Source: the human T2T-CHM13v2.0 reference genome, Homo sapiens. Taken from it: DNA of 64,000 bases. The first letter of the stretch is position 1. Each line of letters begins with the position of its first letter. The stretch lies in the NCBI RefSeq assembly GCF_009914755.1, contig NC_060928.1. One strand, given 5' to 3'. Below, in pieces: positions 42,613 to 56,030 of this stretch. Position numbers and translations under genes: made by a program. The notes beneath the pieces were generated by a model. The model saw nothing but the letters and a program-made list of their open reading frames with translations, was not told the DNA's origin and did no database searches.

Positions 42613-44616
42613 GATAAGATAGTATATAATATACAGGTTATATATTATATATATATGCCAATAAAATATACATATATGTGTATATGCAGGGATACACAGG
42701 AAAACTTTAGTGCTCCACATTTGCACTGGCCATCATTTGGATGGCAAGTCATTTCAGTTGCTATATATCTAAACCTGAGATATCAAAGTAAGAAGTCAGT
42801 CAGAAAATAACTTTTATTCAAAGAAAAATAAAAGTAAAAATAATTTCTTATTTAATGCAGTTCAAGAAACTTACATTTTTTTACTTTCCAAATGAACATT
42901 TCATACACACATACACACACATATACATACAACATACCTATATACATGGAAAGAAAGAAGAAGAGAGACACCATCAGGTTTTAATTACCTAAGTTATCTG
43001 TTTTCAGATGACTATATTTTTTGAGAAAAAAAGTTTTAGTGAATTAAAAAATAAAATCTATCATTTGGATTAAAATTAGAGAGTATTCAAAACTGCTGGT
43101 ACATAAAAACCAAAAATATTTTCATCTCCATTTCAAGTATATAGAACTCAGAAAGGATTTTATTTTATAAGCTGCCTTGATGTCTAAAACAACCGTATAT
43201 GTAAAAACAAGTTTGACAGAACCAGCTCTGACTCATGCTTTATATGATGGTTTATTTCATGCTGCACTGGGGCTTGTTAGCCATTTGAGTCAGCATCTGA
43301 CATTAATAAATAGGTATTGTCCTCTCCACCTTTGTGGCTTTAATAAAATTAAGACTGGGAAAAATAGGTGTCTTTTGGCCGGGAAGGTTGATGACCAAGC
43401 CCTAGCCAAAAAGGATTAGAAGTAGTGAAAGTACAGATCCTGCTCACACTTTTTCTACCTTTAAAAAATATATAGAAACACCAATACCCTCCCTTACAAG
43501 TAGGGGGACATGGTCTGAATGTGACTACTCAGGTTTAAAAGCTCTACTTTAATTCACTTTGACCTAAGCCCAACTGCTAGCTCATTAGCTGGGAAAATTC
43601 TCCTCACCAAGGAATTACATTGGCTCCACAATATATAAATAACTCTCACCATCATCCACATCAAACAGAAAGCTTTCCTCAAAAGTTTTCAAGAGCTGCA
43701 AACCCTCACTGAGGTTAAGAGACGACTACACCTGCAAATAGCTTTACCATTCAACCTCAAGTCTTTTTCACACACTTAGAATGTGAAAGGCTGTGATAGC
43801 TAGTGTACAAATATAGGAAATTCAGACATGAGCTCTCAATTCTAAAAATGGCTCCTGTTGGCAGAATGCTCAGAGAAAACGTCCAATGGAAATATACCAG
43901 CAATGTTATTATATCATGAAGCTTGATGTGTGAATGAAGTAGGCTGAATACTTATTTCAGAGAGGCAGTTCATTCTGCTTTAACACACCTTTGGTTTGGC
44001 CTTTGCAAGCCTCTTTAAATAGGTAGTTTTCTGGTAAGGAAACAGAATCTCTCTTTTTATTGCATAAGAAACCTGGGAAAGAAGAAGGAAGCCTTTGAAA
44101 ATCAAGAATAATTTGTCCCTACTTTCCTCCATGCTGGGCAGTGTTCTTTCCATGTTTCCTAAAATGCACAATATCAAATATTTCAAAGAAAGACAGTAGG
44201 ATAGCTTCTGGCACTTTTTACTTATACTCATCATTATAATTACAGACTGCTCTGAGGCTGTGAAATACCTTCATTCATAATGAATTTGTCTTAGTAAAAC
44301 TGCAAAATTATGGCAAAGCTATGACAATAAGAGAAATTGACATAGTTGACTCCATCTTGCTTCTAACCTCCAAGCTGTTCTTGGTTATTTCTGGGCATAG
44401 GCCAAACTAACTTTGAGAGGAGTTTATTTTATAGTTTAACCTTAAAGCAAGGATGATCATAGCCCTTCCCACAACTAAACTGCCTTTGTAAAACTAATGA
44501 AAGGCCACTAGGTTAGGATTATGAATGAGGTTTGAATTCTTTTAAGACACAGGCATAATAAAATGATGAACCGCTATTGTTCCAGAGGTCACAAGATTGG
44601 AAATTTCCCCAATTAC

Positions 44617-44926
44617 TTTTTTTTTTTTTTTTTTTTAAGACAGAGTCTCACTCTGTCACCCAGGCTGGAGTGCAGTGGTGTGATATAGGCTCACTGCAAC
44701 CTCTGCCTCCCCGGTTCAAGTGATTCTTGTGCCTCAACCTCCCGAGTAGCTGGGATTACAGGCACACACCACCATGCCCAGCTAATTTTTTTTCTTTTTG
44801 TATTTTTAGTAGAGACGGGGTTTCACCACATTGGCCAGGCTGGTCTCAAACTCCTGACCTCAGCGATCTGCCTGCCTCAGCCTCCCAAAGTGCTGGGATT
44901 ATAGGCGTGAGCCACCACACCTGGCC
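44617..44926 (-). mobile_element. AluS (Sx/Sz-like) nested in LTR8
   Basis: Full reverse-complement Alu; TSD ccaattactt on both sides. Confidence 0.96.
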
Positions 44927-45110
44927 CCAATTACTTCTGTAGATAGCATCACTATTGTGGAATCTAAGATTGATCTTTTGAGATATTTTTTAGCCTGTGC
45001 ATTCTGACAACCGACTGACCCCAACCAAATGCATGACTCATGACTCAGCTGGTACTGTGGCCCCACCAAGAGGTGGACTTAGCATATGACGATCATTTTC
45101 CAACACCTAT

Positions 45111-45752
45111 TGAAGTGGCATCGTTGTCTGGGGTAAAGACCCAAGGTTTGTCATCTTGCACCAAGGAAATTCAGTATGCAGACACACACAAGAAGTGGGT
45201 TTAGGAACAGAGGTTTAACAGGCAAAAGAAGAAAAAGGAGAACAGCTCTCTCTCCTGTGAGAGAGAAGGGCACCCAGATGGGGCTTCCAGCCCCCAGCAG
45301 AGTACACTGGATTTTATGGACAGGCTGGAGGTAGTAATGTCTGATTTACATAAGGGCCCACAGATTAGTTGGACCAGGTGTAACAGTTACATAGCATGCT
45401 GGGAAGCTGGCCATCCCACCCTAATCTTATTATTCAAATGGGCTTTCCACCTGGCCAGTGCCATGTTGTCTCATCCTTACTGTACATGTGGCTGGCAAAG
45501 AGAAGGGAAGATGGAGCTGCCATGTTGGACATGCCTAGCCCCCAGGTACCCCCTTTCCTATTGGCACAACTGCCAGCATTCACCTAGCAAGTTTCTAGCT
45601 TGCCTTTCTATGTCTGCCGCTCAATTTTACAGGCTGTTCTTTGTTAGAAAAGAAAATGATTTGGGGCTGCTTTTCATGAAAAGAAACATGTTACCAAAAA
45701 CTTCCCTACCCTCACTACCCACCTAGATAATTTCTTCTTTACTCCTATATCA
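45111..45752 (-). mobile_element. LTR9-like (ERV1) solo LTR nested in LTR8, same orientation as ADAMTS3
   Basis: Minus strand starts TGATATAGGAGTAAAGAAGAAATTATCTAGG and ends ...GATGCCACTTCA; flanks ctat / ccat resemble a 4-bp TSD. Confidence 0.72.
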
Positions 45753-46711
45753 CCATGATCGTGTCTCCCAACAATCAGCAGCACCCATTAAGGAATGTGT
45801 CCCCTGCCTGCCAAAATATCTTTGAAAAACAACCTTTGAGCCTTTAGGGAGACGGATTTGAGTAATAACTCCACTTGCCATGTGGCTTCAATGGTGCTAG
45901 CTGAGTTGGGCAGCAGAGAGTGATTTATGTGACAACAGAATTAGCAGAAAAAAAGGAAAATCCAGGTTACAGAGAGCTTTCTAACAGGTGTGTTCTCAAC
46001 TGATCATTCAAAAGGAAAAAAAAGGCCCTGCAAAAGGTAGAGCAGTGTTATTAATCTCATGCATCATTCCAAAAAGGTGATGCTCACAGTGCCTTTTAAG
46101 CTTCTCAGAAATATCAAAGTCAATCCCCTCTTAGTTCTTAGAGTGAGTTTTCTTTTTTAAAACTTTTTAGGAAAATGTACGTTTTTGAAGGTTACCTTAG
46201 GAATTACTGATGTGCATTAATTAATATTTTGGAAACATTTTAATTGTATCCTTTTGTGCACCCCCTAGTTTCCCAATTACTGTATAGGAATTTGCAGAAG
46301 TGATCATTTTACTATAAGGCCTATTTTATCAGAATGAATTTTTGAGAGGCATATAGGTGTTCAATCAAGTCAAAATAAATACAGTTATTTTTAGTGTTAA
46401 GTATAAGATTATCAGTATCAAATCAGAATTTTGAACTTACTAAACAGATAAAGTAGAATATAACTTTCTTTGCTGATTATGGACACTAAGGCTTGAAATA
46501 TTTTTAGGAGAATGACATGTTCATATGCTTAATCATACTTATAGGAAATCAAAGTATAGGATTAGTGAAATTGCTCCCTACCCCAGAAAAAAATTTCTAT
46601 GGTCTGAAAAAGGACAGGAGACGAAGGTAAAATTGGAAAGGTACAAGTTCTGAATCTAATACAAATACATTTGGGGTTGGAATGCAATTATAAGCATACT
46701 GTGATAGAGCC

Positions 46712-47230
46712 TGTGATAAAACCATCTACCCAATATTCATTCTCTCTTCCCTAAGGAGCAGAATGTTAATTTTATTTGAAATAATAATAAACCCAGCAAA
46801 AAGTCACTCCCAATCTCCCTGTGACTAAGGGTTACATGTGACTAAGTATAAGCCAATGAGATCTAAGCAGAAGTATTGCTTATATCTTGATGGCTTATGA
46901 CTCCTCAAAGGAAGACAATTCATTCCAGTAGGTGCACACCCCTTTGGCCCTCCACTCAATCACCCAATATTCCTTTCTGCTGCCTAGAATGTGGACATGA
47001 TGTCAGCAGTTCTATGGGGTGATCCTAGGATAAAGGGACATGCTGAATAGAGGAGAGTCTGACACTTTAAAGGAGTGTGACTCCCCAGTGACTGTAGACT
47101 CACCATACCAGCCCTGGATTACCTAAAAACAAACTTCATTACATATGAGAGGTAACACTTCCATCATGTTTAGGTCACCCATCTAATGAGTTTTTTCTTG
47201 TATGCCACTGAATCTAGTCCTAAAATACAT
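46712..47230 (+). mobile_element. Old MLT1 (J/K-like) LTR
   Basis: catgtgactaagtataagccaatgagatctaagcagaagt...ttctgctgcctagaatgtggacatgatg...ctgaatctagtcctaaaataca. Confidence 0.6.
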
Positions 47231-48853
47231 GACACTCAGAAATTTTAATTTTGTTGACTAGGTTCTCCCAGTACTCTTTACTCCCTATGAGAATGCAAGC
47301 CAATTTTCATGTGAATAAGTGAAGAATAAAATACGATTCATGTTACCAAAATGTATCATAGTAGCATTCTCTGTAGTGCATCATTTCAGAAAATGAGAAA
47401 GCATCATATTGTTTTACAGTAACAATGAATACAGAATGAGGCTATATGTAAAAATCTTGCCTTCTTCATGAACAGAATACTGTTATGAAATGAAGTAACT
47501 GGAATACTACAGGCTGGATTTTCCAAGAGTAGGTGGAGATCCTATAATCAGAGCTAAAAATAAGTGTAAATTCCAACAAATGTCATCTATTAACATCAGA
47601 AGCAGAGAGCAGTTAACTTAAATAATTGTGTTAACCTGTTTGTATCATCCAATAGTGATTTTTAATTGACATCTTTTTAAAAAAATTTAAAGTTATCACT
47701 TCCTAAAAGGATACAGTAACAGCATCTCCACATATGTGGAGGCACTATTCTACCAAGATATAAAATGTTTCCGTGAAAAGGAGCTCTATCCTTCACAAAC
47801 TGAGAAATTCCATAATGATAGTTCAAAGAACTATATTCAGGTCAAGTTATGATGTCAATTCAAAAGTTTCACTAAGTACCTGTTGCTTTTATTTTTTAAA
47901 GACATAACCATTGAGTGAATGTCAGTTTCCGTTATTTCTTTTCCCCAAAAGTTCTAATTCTAACATCCGTGTGTTTGCTTTTGTTTTTACTGACTACTTT
48001 ATGGAATAACATGACATTTTTTAGATGGGAAACTTCTTACCTTTTAAGGAAAAAAATGTTTTAATGCTTTGGGTTTGTGATTATTAGCAAATGAAATTTT
48101 AAAATCAGTTTAATATCCAAAATATGAACTCTGACTGGCAGTAAAAAACTTCTATGTCAGCGAGAATGTTTCTAACTGCAAATCAAGAAAACTTAGTGTC
48201 TTCAGCAATAAGTAAACATACTAGTTCACGTAACAAGAGTTCCAGAGGTATGGTGATTCCTGGTTAATCCATCAATAGGTCATCAAGGATTCAGTTCTTT
48301 TCATCTTTCCATATCCTGCCATTCTTGGTGTACAAACTTTGCCTTCAAATTAGCTCCTTTGATTATTTCAAAATGGTTACACCAATTCTAGCATCAAAGC
48401 CATGTCCAACAGATTGTGTCTTCCTGCATTACTTTCTTAGGAACAGGTAAAAACCTTTCCTAGAAACTCTCTGGTAACATTTAACTCCATGTTTCAGTGG
48501 CCAGAATTGAATCACAGGGGCTTGAAATAAAAGAGAAGGAAACGAATGTTGTACAGGTTACCCACCTTGCTGAAATCTTTTTCAGATCTTCCTCTTCCCT
48601 CATCCCTTAGTAACAGCCTTCCACTGGTATCTTTTATACCTAGTTTTCAATAATGCATTTCATGTTTAATTTCTTCTATTATAATTTGTCTAGAGATAAC
48701 TTCTGCATTCTCTTGGCCTCAATATTTTTTGAAAGAGATAGTCCTTCATTTCCATAGTAGTGGATTCTCATAATTGTTGCTCATTCAGTCCCATTGCAAC
48801 CATTTAATTTGATTTCATTTCAGTGGTTTATTGCTGAAACATTTGGGTGTGGG

Positions 48854-49045
48854 CAAGGTTGTCAGATAAAATAAAGTATTTTTTGTTAAATTAAAATCTA
48901 AGATAAACAACAGTATTTTTACTAGAGATATCTCACAGATATTGCATGAGACATACTTAATACTAAAAACCTACTCGTTGTTATAGCTGAGATTCAAAAT
49001 CAAATGAAAATGCTATAGTTTTATTTGCTAAATCCAGCGACTCTA
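48854..49045 (+). mobile_element. MER53 palindromic hAT MITE, full length
   Basis: Ends caaggttgtcagat / atccagcgactcta; internal agataaacaa...gacatactta...ttgttatagct; perfect 8-bp TSD ggtgtggg at 48846-48853 and 49046-49053. Confidence 0.85.
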
Positions 49046-50744
49046 GGTGTGGGGGAATTATCTTTTGCCAGGCAGTACATGCAGTTACACGAACTTACAC
49101 CCTCTTCATCTCACTTTTCTCCTCTACACTTCCATCTTCAGCTCTAGCAGTGCACATTCACCTGGCATGGCCAAGTAGCATATGCCATTTCCTTGACTCC
49201 AGTACTTGGTTAATAGATGTTCAAATGGCTTAAATTATGCTAATGAAATTGTGAACTAGGACTTTTTAATTTGGAGCTACTAGGAAAGAAAAGTTCTCAT
49301 TATTAAGCTGGAAACTGGAGGAATATAACAATGTAGGTGTTTACGGCTAGTATGAGAATAGTTGTTGGTCTAAGTTTAATGCTAGAAGAGGAAAGTGGAG
49401 ACTACTAATAGAGAATAGACTACACTCCAATGATGAGTATGAGCCTGTGAATTCACCCACTAATTTCTGAAAACTTGGTCTTTTCAGTTTCACAAACCAA
49501 TAAACTACCACCACCTCATTTTCTTATTTTACTGCTTTTTTTTTTTTTTTCCATTTGCTAAGACAGTTTGATGTAAGTTCCCGACAGGCAGGTGAAGCTA
49601 AGAGCAGCCTGATAAATAAGCCCATTTATACCCTTTCTCTGCTACAGTCATCAATAGTCTTCATTTTCCTTCTCATTCTTCTTCTGTAGTCAACTATTCT
49701 TAGGCTACACAGTGCTCTGAAAAAGACTACATATTCTGTTTTATTTCCCAATTTGTTTATTTTATTCTCTCGGTTCTATTTTAAATGAATAATGTTGTTA
49801 CTAGTGATTTGTTTCTTAATTTCTTTTATTCTTTTTCAGCTAAATCATAACTAATTTTGGGAGACAGCACAGTTTTTAATTTTCACATTTTACTGCTCTA
49901 AACATTTAATAGCATTTTCATTAACATTTCTCTTCCTCTTGACTAAATTATATATTTTCTTATTTATGGCTTTTGTAGTTCAGCTCTACTAAATCAAGGA
50001 GGTAATAGAAGAGTAGAGGAAGAGGTCACCACACCCAATTACTAGATTACATTCTAGTAATCTTAGACTGCTAGAAATTAAGGTTTTCTAAATAAGGTCA
50101 ACTACATAGAAGAGAGGTGAGATTCCTTTTCACAGCTGCCGTTTCAAAGCTCATGTTACTTCCCTCACTTTCCACCTATATGCAACTTTAGTAAGGATAG
50201 AAAAGCTCTTCACCTCAAACTTCTCCAGAAACTCTACATTTGCATTCTAAATCACTCCAATATGGAATGATTAATAAAAATGTAAATAAGTCATTATAGC
50301 CAAATGACTAATATGTTAATATTAATATTAACACTTGCCATTTATTCTGTGAGATAAATATTTAAAGGCTCTGAACACCACTTTATGTCACACTGCTCTA
50401 AGCACTGGGAATCCAGCAATGGACGAGACAAACATGTTGCTTACCCTCATAGAACTTACATCCCAGTGATAAGAACTATCAACTAGGGTAAGAAGAGTAA
50501 AACAGGAGGAAGGGAGTAAGAGGGACAAGGCGAGGGAGGCAAAATTTTAGATAAGGTTCTCAAAAGAAGGCAGCAAATGGGCTGAGATCTTGCAAAGTGA
50601 TGGAGTAAGCCACACAAATATCAAAGTTATATTTGACTCAGATATATGTAAACTTTTTATGAGCATATTCATATTTATATTACAGATTTTTCAGAAAGAG
50701 GTTGTATGATATAATACAAAGAAAATCAGAATAGGCTCAGGAAT

Positions 50745-51340
50745 GCAGCAAGCCGACTTTCTAAAATGGCCCCACTAAGATGCCCTGCCCTAGTCCCAAG
50801 AACCTGTGCCTTTGATGAGGTATCATTCCTACGATTATGTTATGTTATATGGTACAATTGACCATAAGATAGAAACATTATCCAGGTGGGCCTGATCTAA
50901 CTTCATGAGACATTAAAAGCAGAGAGCTTTATCTGGCTGTTGGCAGAAGGGAAAGTCAGAAATAATGAAGCAGGAGGAAGTTTGATGTACCATTGCTGGC
51001 TCTGGAGATGGATGGATTCTGCTCCTGGACAGGAGAGAGGTATCTAGTTGCTGACAGTGAACCACAGCCAACAGCCAGCAAGGAAATGAGGATCTCAGCT
51101 TGCAAAAACAAGGACCTGAATTCTGCCAACAACCTGAATGAGCCTGGAAATGGACTATTTCCCAGATCCTTCAGATAAGACTTCAATCTGGCCCACACCT
51201 TGATTTTGGCCTTGTGATAAATTAAGCAAAGAACCAGTCCAGCCACCTTAGACTTCTGACCTATAGACTGTGAGCTAATAAATAGGCATTGTTTTAAGCT
51301 ATTAAATTAGGGGTGATTTATTACACAGTAATGGAACAGA
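50745..51340 (+). mobile_element. MLT1D/E-like MaLR LTR
   Basis: ttatccaggtgggcctgatcta...gacctgaattctgccaacaacctgaatgagcctggaa...gacttctgacctatagactgtgagctaataaat. Confidence 0.8.
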
Positions 51341-52599
51341 AAATGATAAAAAGAGAACTGAGTTCTAGTTCCAGCTCTACTATGATGCAACTCTATGATT
51401 TTGAGAAAGAAGCTAAACTTATCTGAGCTTCAGTTTCCTGAAATAAATAGGCTGAGCTAGCTGATCACTAACATGTTCTTTCTGGCTAAATTTCCATAAT
51501 TAATAATTAGGCCACAATTTCACTAAATTATTAAAGATGGTTATTATTGTTATGGCTGTTTGATCATACATGATTGATCATACTTATAAATTTGATGCTA
51601 AATCCTTCGTCAAGGATACAACCATCGTTAAAACATTTTTACATGAAAAAAATGTGCTACACTAAGAGAATCTATATTATGATATAAAATACTTCATAAC
51701 AATATAAAAGTCTAGTAACTTATCACAATAAGAGATAATCTGACCATTCTCCCATTTAACGAGCACAGTGTCCATAAAGTCTGGAGACATTGGCAGTTAT
51801 ACACAATTTTCCAAGAATACCTTAAATCTCTTCTCTAAAAAATAAAATGTTGCCTATTTTTTTTCAGATTTTATAAACAACCTCGGTTGTCTAAAAGGTA
51901 ACACTTAGACATTTTTTAAGTATTATGTATTCACAGTACAGATCAGAATTTTATCCTGATTAAAAATTTACTTCATATCTCTTTGTTATGATGCAATAAA
52001 ATTTTGTTAACATATGTATGCTACTTGCAATAAAATTTTACTGAAGAAGAGTTCCAAACATGGAATTAAAATGTATGTTATTATCGCATCAAATTATTGA
52101 AGAAGCGGTCATTCTACATTTTTAAAAATCTAAAGTGCTTTTGCTTATTTGAATAATACTGATCAAACAGTTTTGATTCACGTTCTGATTGGTCAGTTTT
52201 TATATCATACACAGTTAACATATTTAAGCCACAGTAATTATTGCAGATTTAAGATAGATCTATGACAGAACAACGTTTGCTATCTAATATTATTAATGGA
52301 ATACTATAATTCCTAGTCCACAAATAATAATATTCAAGTTAAATTTAATAACAAACCTTTTTTGCATTCAAACAAAATTGTTGAGCCATTCCTAAAGTGA
52401 TTTCTGCTAAAGACACTTATTTGCCAATATAAAACTATTCTTAGTCTAAGGAATAAAATATGCCAGAAGAGAGAAACACTGTTACTACATTTTACTACAT
52501 AACTGTGTGCCTGTAATATATTCTCTGAAATAGTATCGACCATATGGATGGAAAATAATGGGCATTTTTATATCTTCTATGTTTTCTAAGATGTATAAA

Positions 52600-53510
52600 C
52601 TATAGATTTAATGATTGCTTTAATATTTGTCTTTGCTAATTCTAACATATTTTGTCAGTTCTGTGTTGGTTTGGACAGATTTATTTTTCTCATCATTATG
52701 GGTTGCATTTTCTGGCTTCTCTGCGTAGTCAGTAAGTTTAGATGGGAGGTCTGACATTGTGAATTTTACCCTTTTGGCTGCTGGATATAGTTGTATTCCT
52801 ATAAATATTCTTGAACTTTGTTCTTGGATGCAGTTAAATTACTTGACAAGTTTGTTCCTTTCGGGTCTTGCTTGTAAGATTTATTAGGTGGGGTCAGAAC
52901 AGTGCCCATCTACAGCTAATGACTGACCACCACTGAGGCCAGACCCGTCTGTCTACCCTCCACTGTGATGTGAATCATGAGATATTGCAGTCTGGCTTGT
53001 GGAAACAAGCACTATTCCCAGCCCCATATAAGCACCAGGCACTGTTACCTCTGATTTTTTTTAGGTGGCTCTTTGTCAGGCTTCATGTAGTTTCCTCACA
53101 TATATATGCGATGATCCGGACTCAGCTGAATACCAGAGGGGGACCTCTGCAGATCTTTAGAGTTGTATCTCTGTATGGCTCTTCTCCCATTCTCAGTCCT
53201 GTGAGCTCTGGCCACCTTCCTCTCTCCAGGCTCTCAGCTCTGGCTTCTCAACTCTGGGAATTTGTTAGGCTCCACCTGGGTTCCCCTTCCCTGGGATTCA
53301 TCTGGAAACCCTCAAGACAATAAGCTGGGGCAATCCTGAGGCTCACCTCATATGTTTCTCATCTCTCAGGATCACTGTCATTCACTGCCTGATAGCCAAC
53401 GTCTTGCAGACTGTTGTTTCAGACATTTTGTCCATTTCTGGTTGTTTAAAGCAAGAGAGTAAATGCAGTCTCTCTTATTCTATCTTGATCAGGAGCAGCA
53501 GTTCACTAAA
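52600..53510 (-). mobile_element. Old L1M fragment
   Basis: gacattgtgaattttacc...ctggatatagttgtattcctataaatattcttgaactttgttct is typical of reverse-complement L1M 5' regions. Confidence 0.6.
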
Positions 53511-55212
53511 TTTGGTTTTGCTGAGAACATATGGTAGTTTAGAAGCTTGGATTTACAGGCATGTTACAGGGTAACATGCCTTAAAATTTCAACAGCCATT
53601 TAGCTTGCCCTAAATGATTTTCTATATACATGTACTTGGACTTGATGAAGTTAGGCAGTAGTGAAATATACAGTGAGAATCCTGAAAATGTCCCTTTAAT
53701 TAAAAAATGTACTTTTATGACACATTAAATCTCCTTTAGTATGTCCTTGCAACACACAGTATCATATGTAAGAAAGTGCAATTAAGGTTGAGTAGCATTT
53801 AGGAAATTTCCAAAAAAAAAAAAAATCACCTTTCTCATAAAAGAATGTGAACTTCTTTGTTCATTAAAAGCTATATAAGCCAAAAGGTACTGTAAATGTA
53901 TTTACGGGAAGAAACTGTCTTCCAAGAGTAGCAAAGAAAAAAAAAAGTGCTTGTTAACTAAGCACAAACATGGAGGGAGTTCAAAAAACTAAAACCTTAG
54001 CAAACATGGATATCACCTTACAGTCCAAAGAACATGATTTTTGAAATATTCACTGAATATGTTTTGCTCTGAGTTTTTCACAAAATTACAAGCTAGGGTT
54101 TTAAAAATCATATTTAGATGATAGAAAATTGGGGTGAACTTCAGAAAGCCACGTTACAGAGGTAAAGGCAAGAAATAAATTTTATAAATTAGCGTTCATT
54201 GTTGGCAATTTCTCAAAATCAACAAGGGTAACAACAAGCAGTATGAAACAGCTCACTCAAAAAAAAATCATCTTGTGATAAGGAAAGTGGCACAATGGCG
54301 ATTCATGGTACAGTAGGTTCTGTTATATCTAAGTTCATCTTCTTAGATTTTAAAGATTATATGTTTTTAGTCCAAGAAACCTAAACATTTATATATTCAA
54401 TTCAAATTGAGGAATGACATATTTGAAAGGTTATCCGGATGTAGTGAGAACACTTTACCACGTTACCACCAGTGGTATACAGTGGTATTGATTTTGTATG
54501 TCATCAAAATCAATACATACAGATATTTTCTTCAAATACCAAAAGGGAAATCCAGTCTACAGGAAGCAAGTCTATTTCTAAGAAAGAATGTGATTCCACA
54601 TCTCAATTCATTCAGTGGTTTTAAAGATCTAACAAATTGGTAACACAAGGAAAACCTTCACATATAAAGATGTTAGAATTACTAGAAAAGGTTTATTACC
54701 TCCTTCCTGGAAGGACATCCCCTCACCTTTCTTTCCTCTCTCTCCTCCCATCCATTTATTTCAAAACATTTCTTGAACACCTTTTCAGCACAGAACCTAA
54801 TCTGGCTCCTGCAAACAAACGTGAATAAGCTGAATTCCGGTCATCAAGGCGGTCACAGCTTAATAGGAAAGAAGGATATGTAAACAGATATTTTCATGCA
54901 AGATATTTGTGTAACTGAGGAAGAATCAGTTTACTCTACCAGGAAGAATCTGAGAATGTGTCAACAGAGGAGGTGACATCTGAAATGGATTTTAAAAGAT
55001 GCACAGATATTAGACATGGAGAAATAGGGTGGGCCCTTCCAGACAATGGGCATAATGCACGCAGAAAGACTGAAAAGTATTGAAATGTTGGGGAAATAGA
55101 ACTTCAAAGAGGATGGAGCAAAACTAAGTGAATATTTACACTGGGAAATGCGGTTACTAAGAGAGGTTGAAGCAAGATCATGAAGAATCTTAAATATTTT
55201 GTAAACAGGCTT

Positions 55213-55331
55213 CAGGCCAGATTTCCTGGGGCAATTCTGTACCATGCTTACTATCTTGGCATCAATATTAGGAATGTTTTCGTTCATTCTCACGTGTCCT
55301 AGTTTGAACAATAAATTAAGTGGTCATTCTG
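55213..55331 (-). mobile_element. MER94-like fragment
   Basis: Reverse complement reads agaatgaccacttaatttattgttcaaactaggacac, similar to the element at 13614. Confidence 0.5.
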
Positions 55332-55539
55332 TTTATGGGCCTTTCAGTTCTCAAAATATGATTTCTAGAAGGCAGGGCTGAATCCACATGATTTCTTTTT
55401 GTGTACTTGTATTCAATGATAACAAAGAAATTGTAGCAACAGGGCTTCCATGTCCTTGTTACAGTGATTATCTTAGCTTCAGAAGCTACTTGGGAGTCAT
55501 CATTCGTTCTAACCTCCTTGTGGGGTGCACTCCTGCAGA

Positions 55540-56030
55540 AGTTGGAACTATAGTACCCAATGTGCTTGTAGTTAGAATTCCACATGAGACTTTGGTTAAA
55601 CCAACTGGATGAACTCATATGAGATTTGGAACTCAGAATGGCAAATATGGTTATGGAGACACTGTAAAAACAGTGGCTTTCTGTAGCAGGGTCCTATGTC
55701 TAGTTGCTAGCTGTGTGGATGCTGAAAGAAAGGTGCAGTTTCAGTTGTAGCTGTTTGTTACCCTTGGATAATATCATCAGTAGCAAGCTGGAGTCAGCAG
55801 GTCCAGCAGCAGCTATCTCCACCTCCCATTCCCAGATTTTAGCAGAAATAGCAGCTACCAGGGTGGGCCATCTTCTGTATCATTCTGGGAACTAGTCCTG
55901 AACCCCAAGCCTAGAGGCTGTATTTTCAATCCTTCCAAAGATTTAATGTACACTTAAATCTTTTCATTGAATTCTTTCATGCTTAAAATGGCTAGTGTGG
56001 TTTCAATTTCCTAAAACTGAACCTTGACAT
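55540..56030 (+). mobile_element. Old ERVL LTR (LTR33/LTR41-like)
   Basis: 3' end attctttcatgcttaaaatggctagtgtggtttc...aactgaaccttgaca; 5' boundary uncertain. Confidence 0.45.

Larger units (their letters stand above)
44296..45935 (+). mobile_element. LTR8-family (ERV1) solo LTR interrupted by an Alu and a second LTR
   Basis: tgactccatcttgcttctaacctccaagctgt...tttgtaaaactaatgaaaggccac; resumes after the Alu (44927-45110) and after 45752; outer ends approximate. Confidence 0.75.

Noticed and set aside
45316-45726. 136-aa ORF in the LTR region
   Set aside because: Lies inside a solo LTR; no gag, pol or env motifs.
50314-50333. Perfect 20-bp palindrome tgttaatattaatattaaca
   Set aside because: Short, AT-rich and explained by a small (taatat) slippage repeat; plausible by chance in 64 kb.
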